Shown: positions 63,291 through 64,000 of the stretch, one piece after another | Position numbering within the stretch: the stretch's first letter is position 1 | Layout of the letters: every line of letters begins with the position of its first letter | Origin: Neoechinorhynchus agilis | Taxonomy: Eukaryota; Animalia; Acanthocephala | DNA: 64,000 bases | Direction of reading: 5' to 3' | Assembly: GCA_051530055.1 (NCBI GenBank) | Contig: CM121341.1 | Span: 18,950,784-19,014,783 of the forward strand | Notes under the pieces: model-generated | What the model saw: the letters and a program-made list of their open reading frames with translations, nothing else | What the model was told of the DNA's origin: nothing | The model's database searches: none | Position numbers and translations under genes: made by a program

Positions 63291-63744
63291 GTGCAAAATC
63301 TTGGTTTATCTTTTCTACTTTGCTTTGATTAACAAGGGTTTGGACAAGTTCCATTTCTAAATATTTGTCTTAAATTTTTGCATGTGTTTTTGCCTGCGCG
63401 ATTTACCTAAATTTCGAGAGCAGCCCCATGTAAGAAAAGGTTCGGCAGAGCTGGCTTAGGCGATTAAACAGAAATGGAAATCTTATAATCGTACAAAATG
63501 GCTGATTCTGCTTCACAATCGCACGCTTGAAAATTTGAAGAATAATTAATTTTTTAGATTGAATCAGAATGCAGCAATCAAAGACGTGTTGTTAACATAT
63601 AACTTTAACAAGAATACTATTTAAAGTAATATCCCAATTGAAATGATCGAAATGAATATTTTAGTAAATTGACAGGAACTTGAAAATCTCTACCAAACGT
63701 ATGATTCAGTCAACTTTGTAAGCGCCTTTCTTTTCCACCGGTTA

Positions 63745-64000
63745 TTAGTGATTAATAGTCATTCTGATGTTCCTAACAATTAGAAAACGGGGAATAACAG
63801 GAAAAATTACATCCCAGTAAATGTAATGAGCTAAACATCCACATGTAAATCGAAGTGATCCGATTGAATTGAGAGCGCTTTTGACGAAATCTGCCGATGC
63901 TAAAACGTACCATCTATTACTGAGCCGATTTAACGATGGATCGTCCAGGATCATTTTTGTCACGACAAGACCGGGACAAACACATTGAACATCCACGTTC
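63745..64000 (-). CDS. Second HSD17B12/KAR-like paralog, C-terminal part (runs off window)
   Basis: VDVQCVCPGLVVTKM..FVKSALNSIG..TCGCLAHYI aligns with the 60553 gene. Confidence 0.85.
   Translation of the reverse strand, partial: NVDVQCVCPGLVVTKMILDDPSLNRLSNRWYVLASADFVKSALNSIGSLRFTCGCLAHYIYWDVIFPVIPRFLIVRNIRMTINH

Overview
AT-rich, TE-dense genomic DNA from an animal (RasGRP, HIPK, SLC10 and animal-type Cdc37 present; species not identifiable) with mostly ~43-55 nt GT-AG introns. Host genes: AGPAT1/2-like (partial), two near-identical intronless HIPK-like kinases, Cdc37, a meiotic HORMAD/HOP1 with HORMA-PHD-winged-helix layout, RasGRP, an SLC10 transporter, a CAP/SCP protein, an LRR protein, ATR, and two tandem HSD17B12/KAR-like SDRs. 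Main structure: a ~3-kb inverted duplication (2795-5851 / 32468-35448) carries the kinase plus upstream region and brackets a 26.6-kb spacer holding Cdc37, HOP1 and many TE relics (CRE-like, APE-type LINEs, L2/CR1-like, Ty3/Gypsy, Penelope). A Helitron relic lies outside the spacer. Best leads: (1) the kinase-bearing inverted duplication, whose inner ends both join ORF1 of related LINEs; (2) a fold-back element coupling a tRNA-derived Pol III promoter to a Penelope-type hammerhead core; (3) a ~78-bp exon/intron RNA duplex burying a RasGRP splice donor; (4) a HIPK lacking the activation-loop Tyr. All gene models and alignments were made by eye; TE boundaries are approximate.
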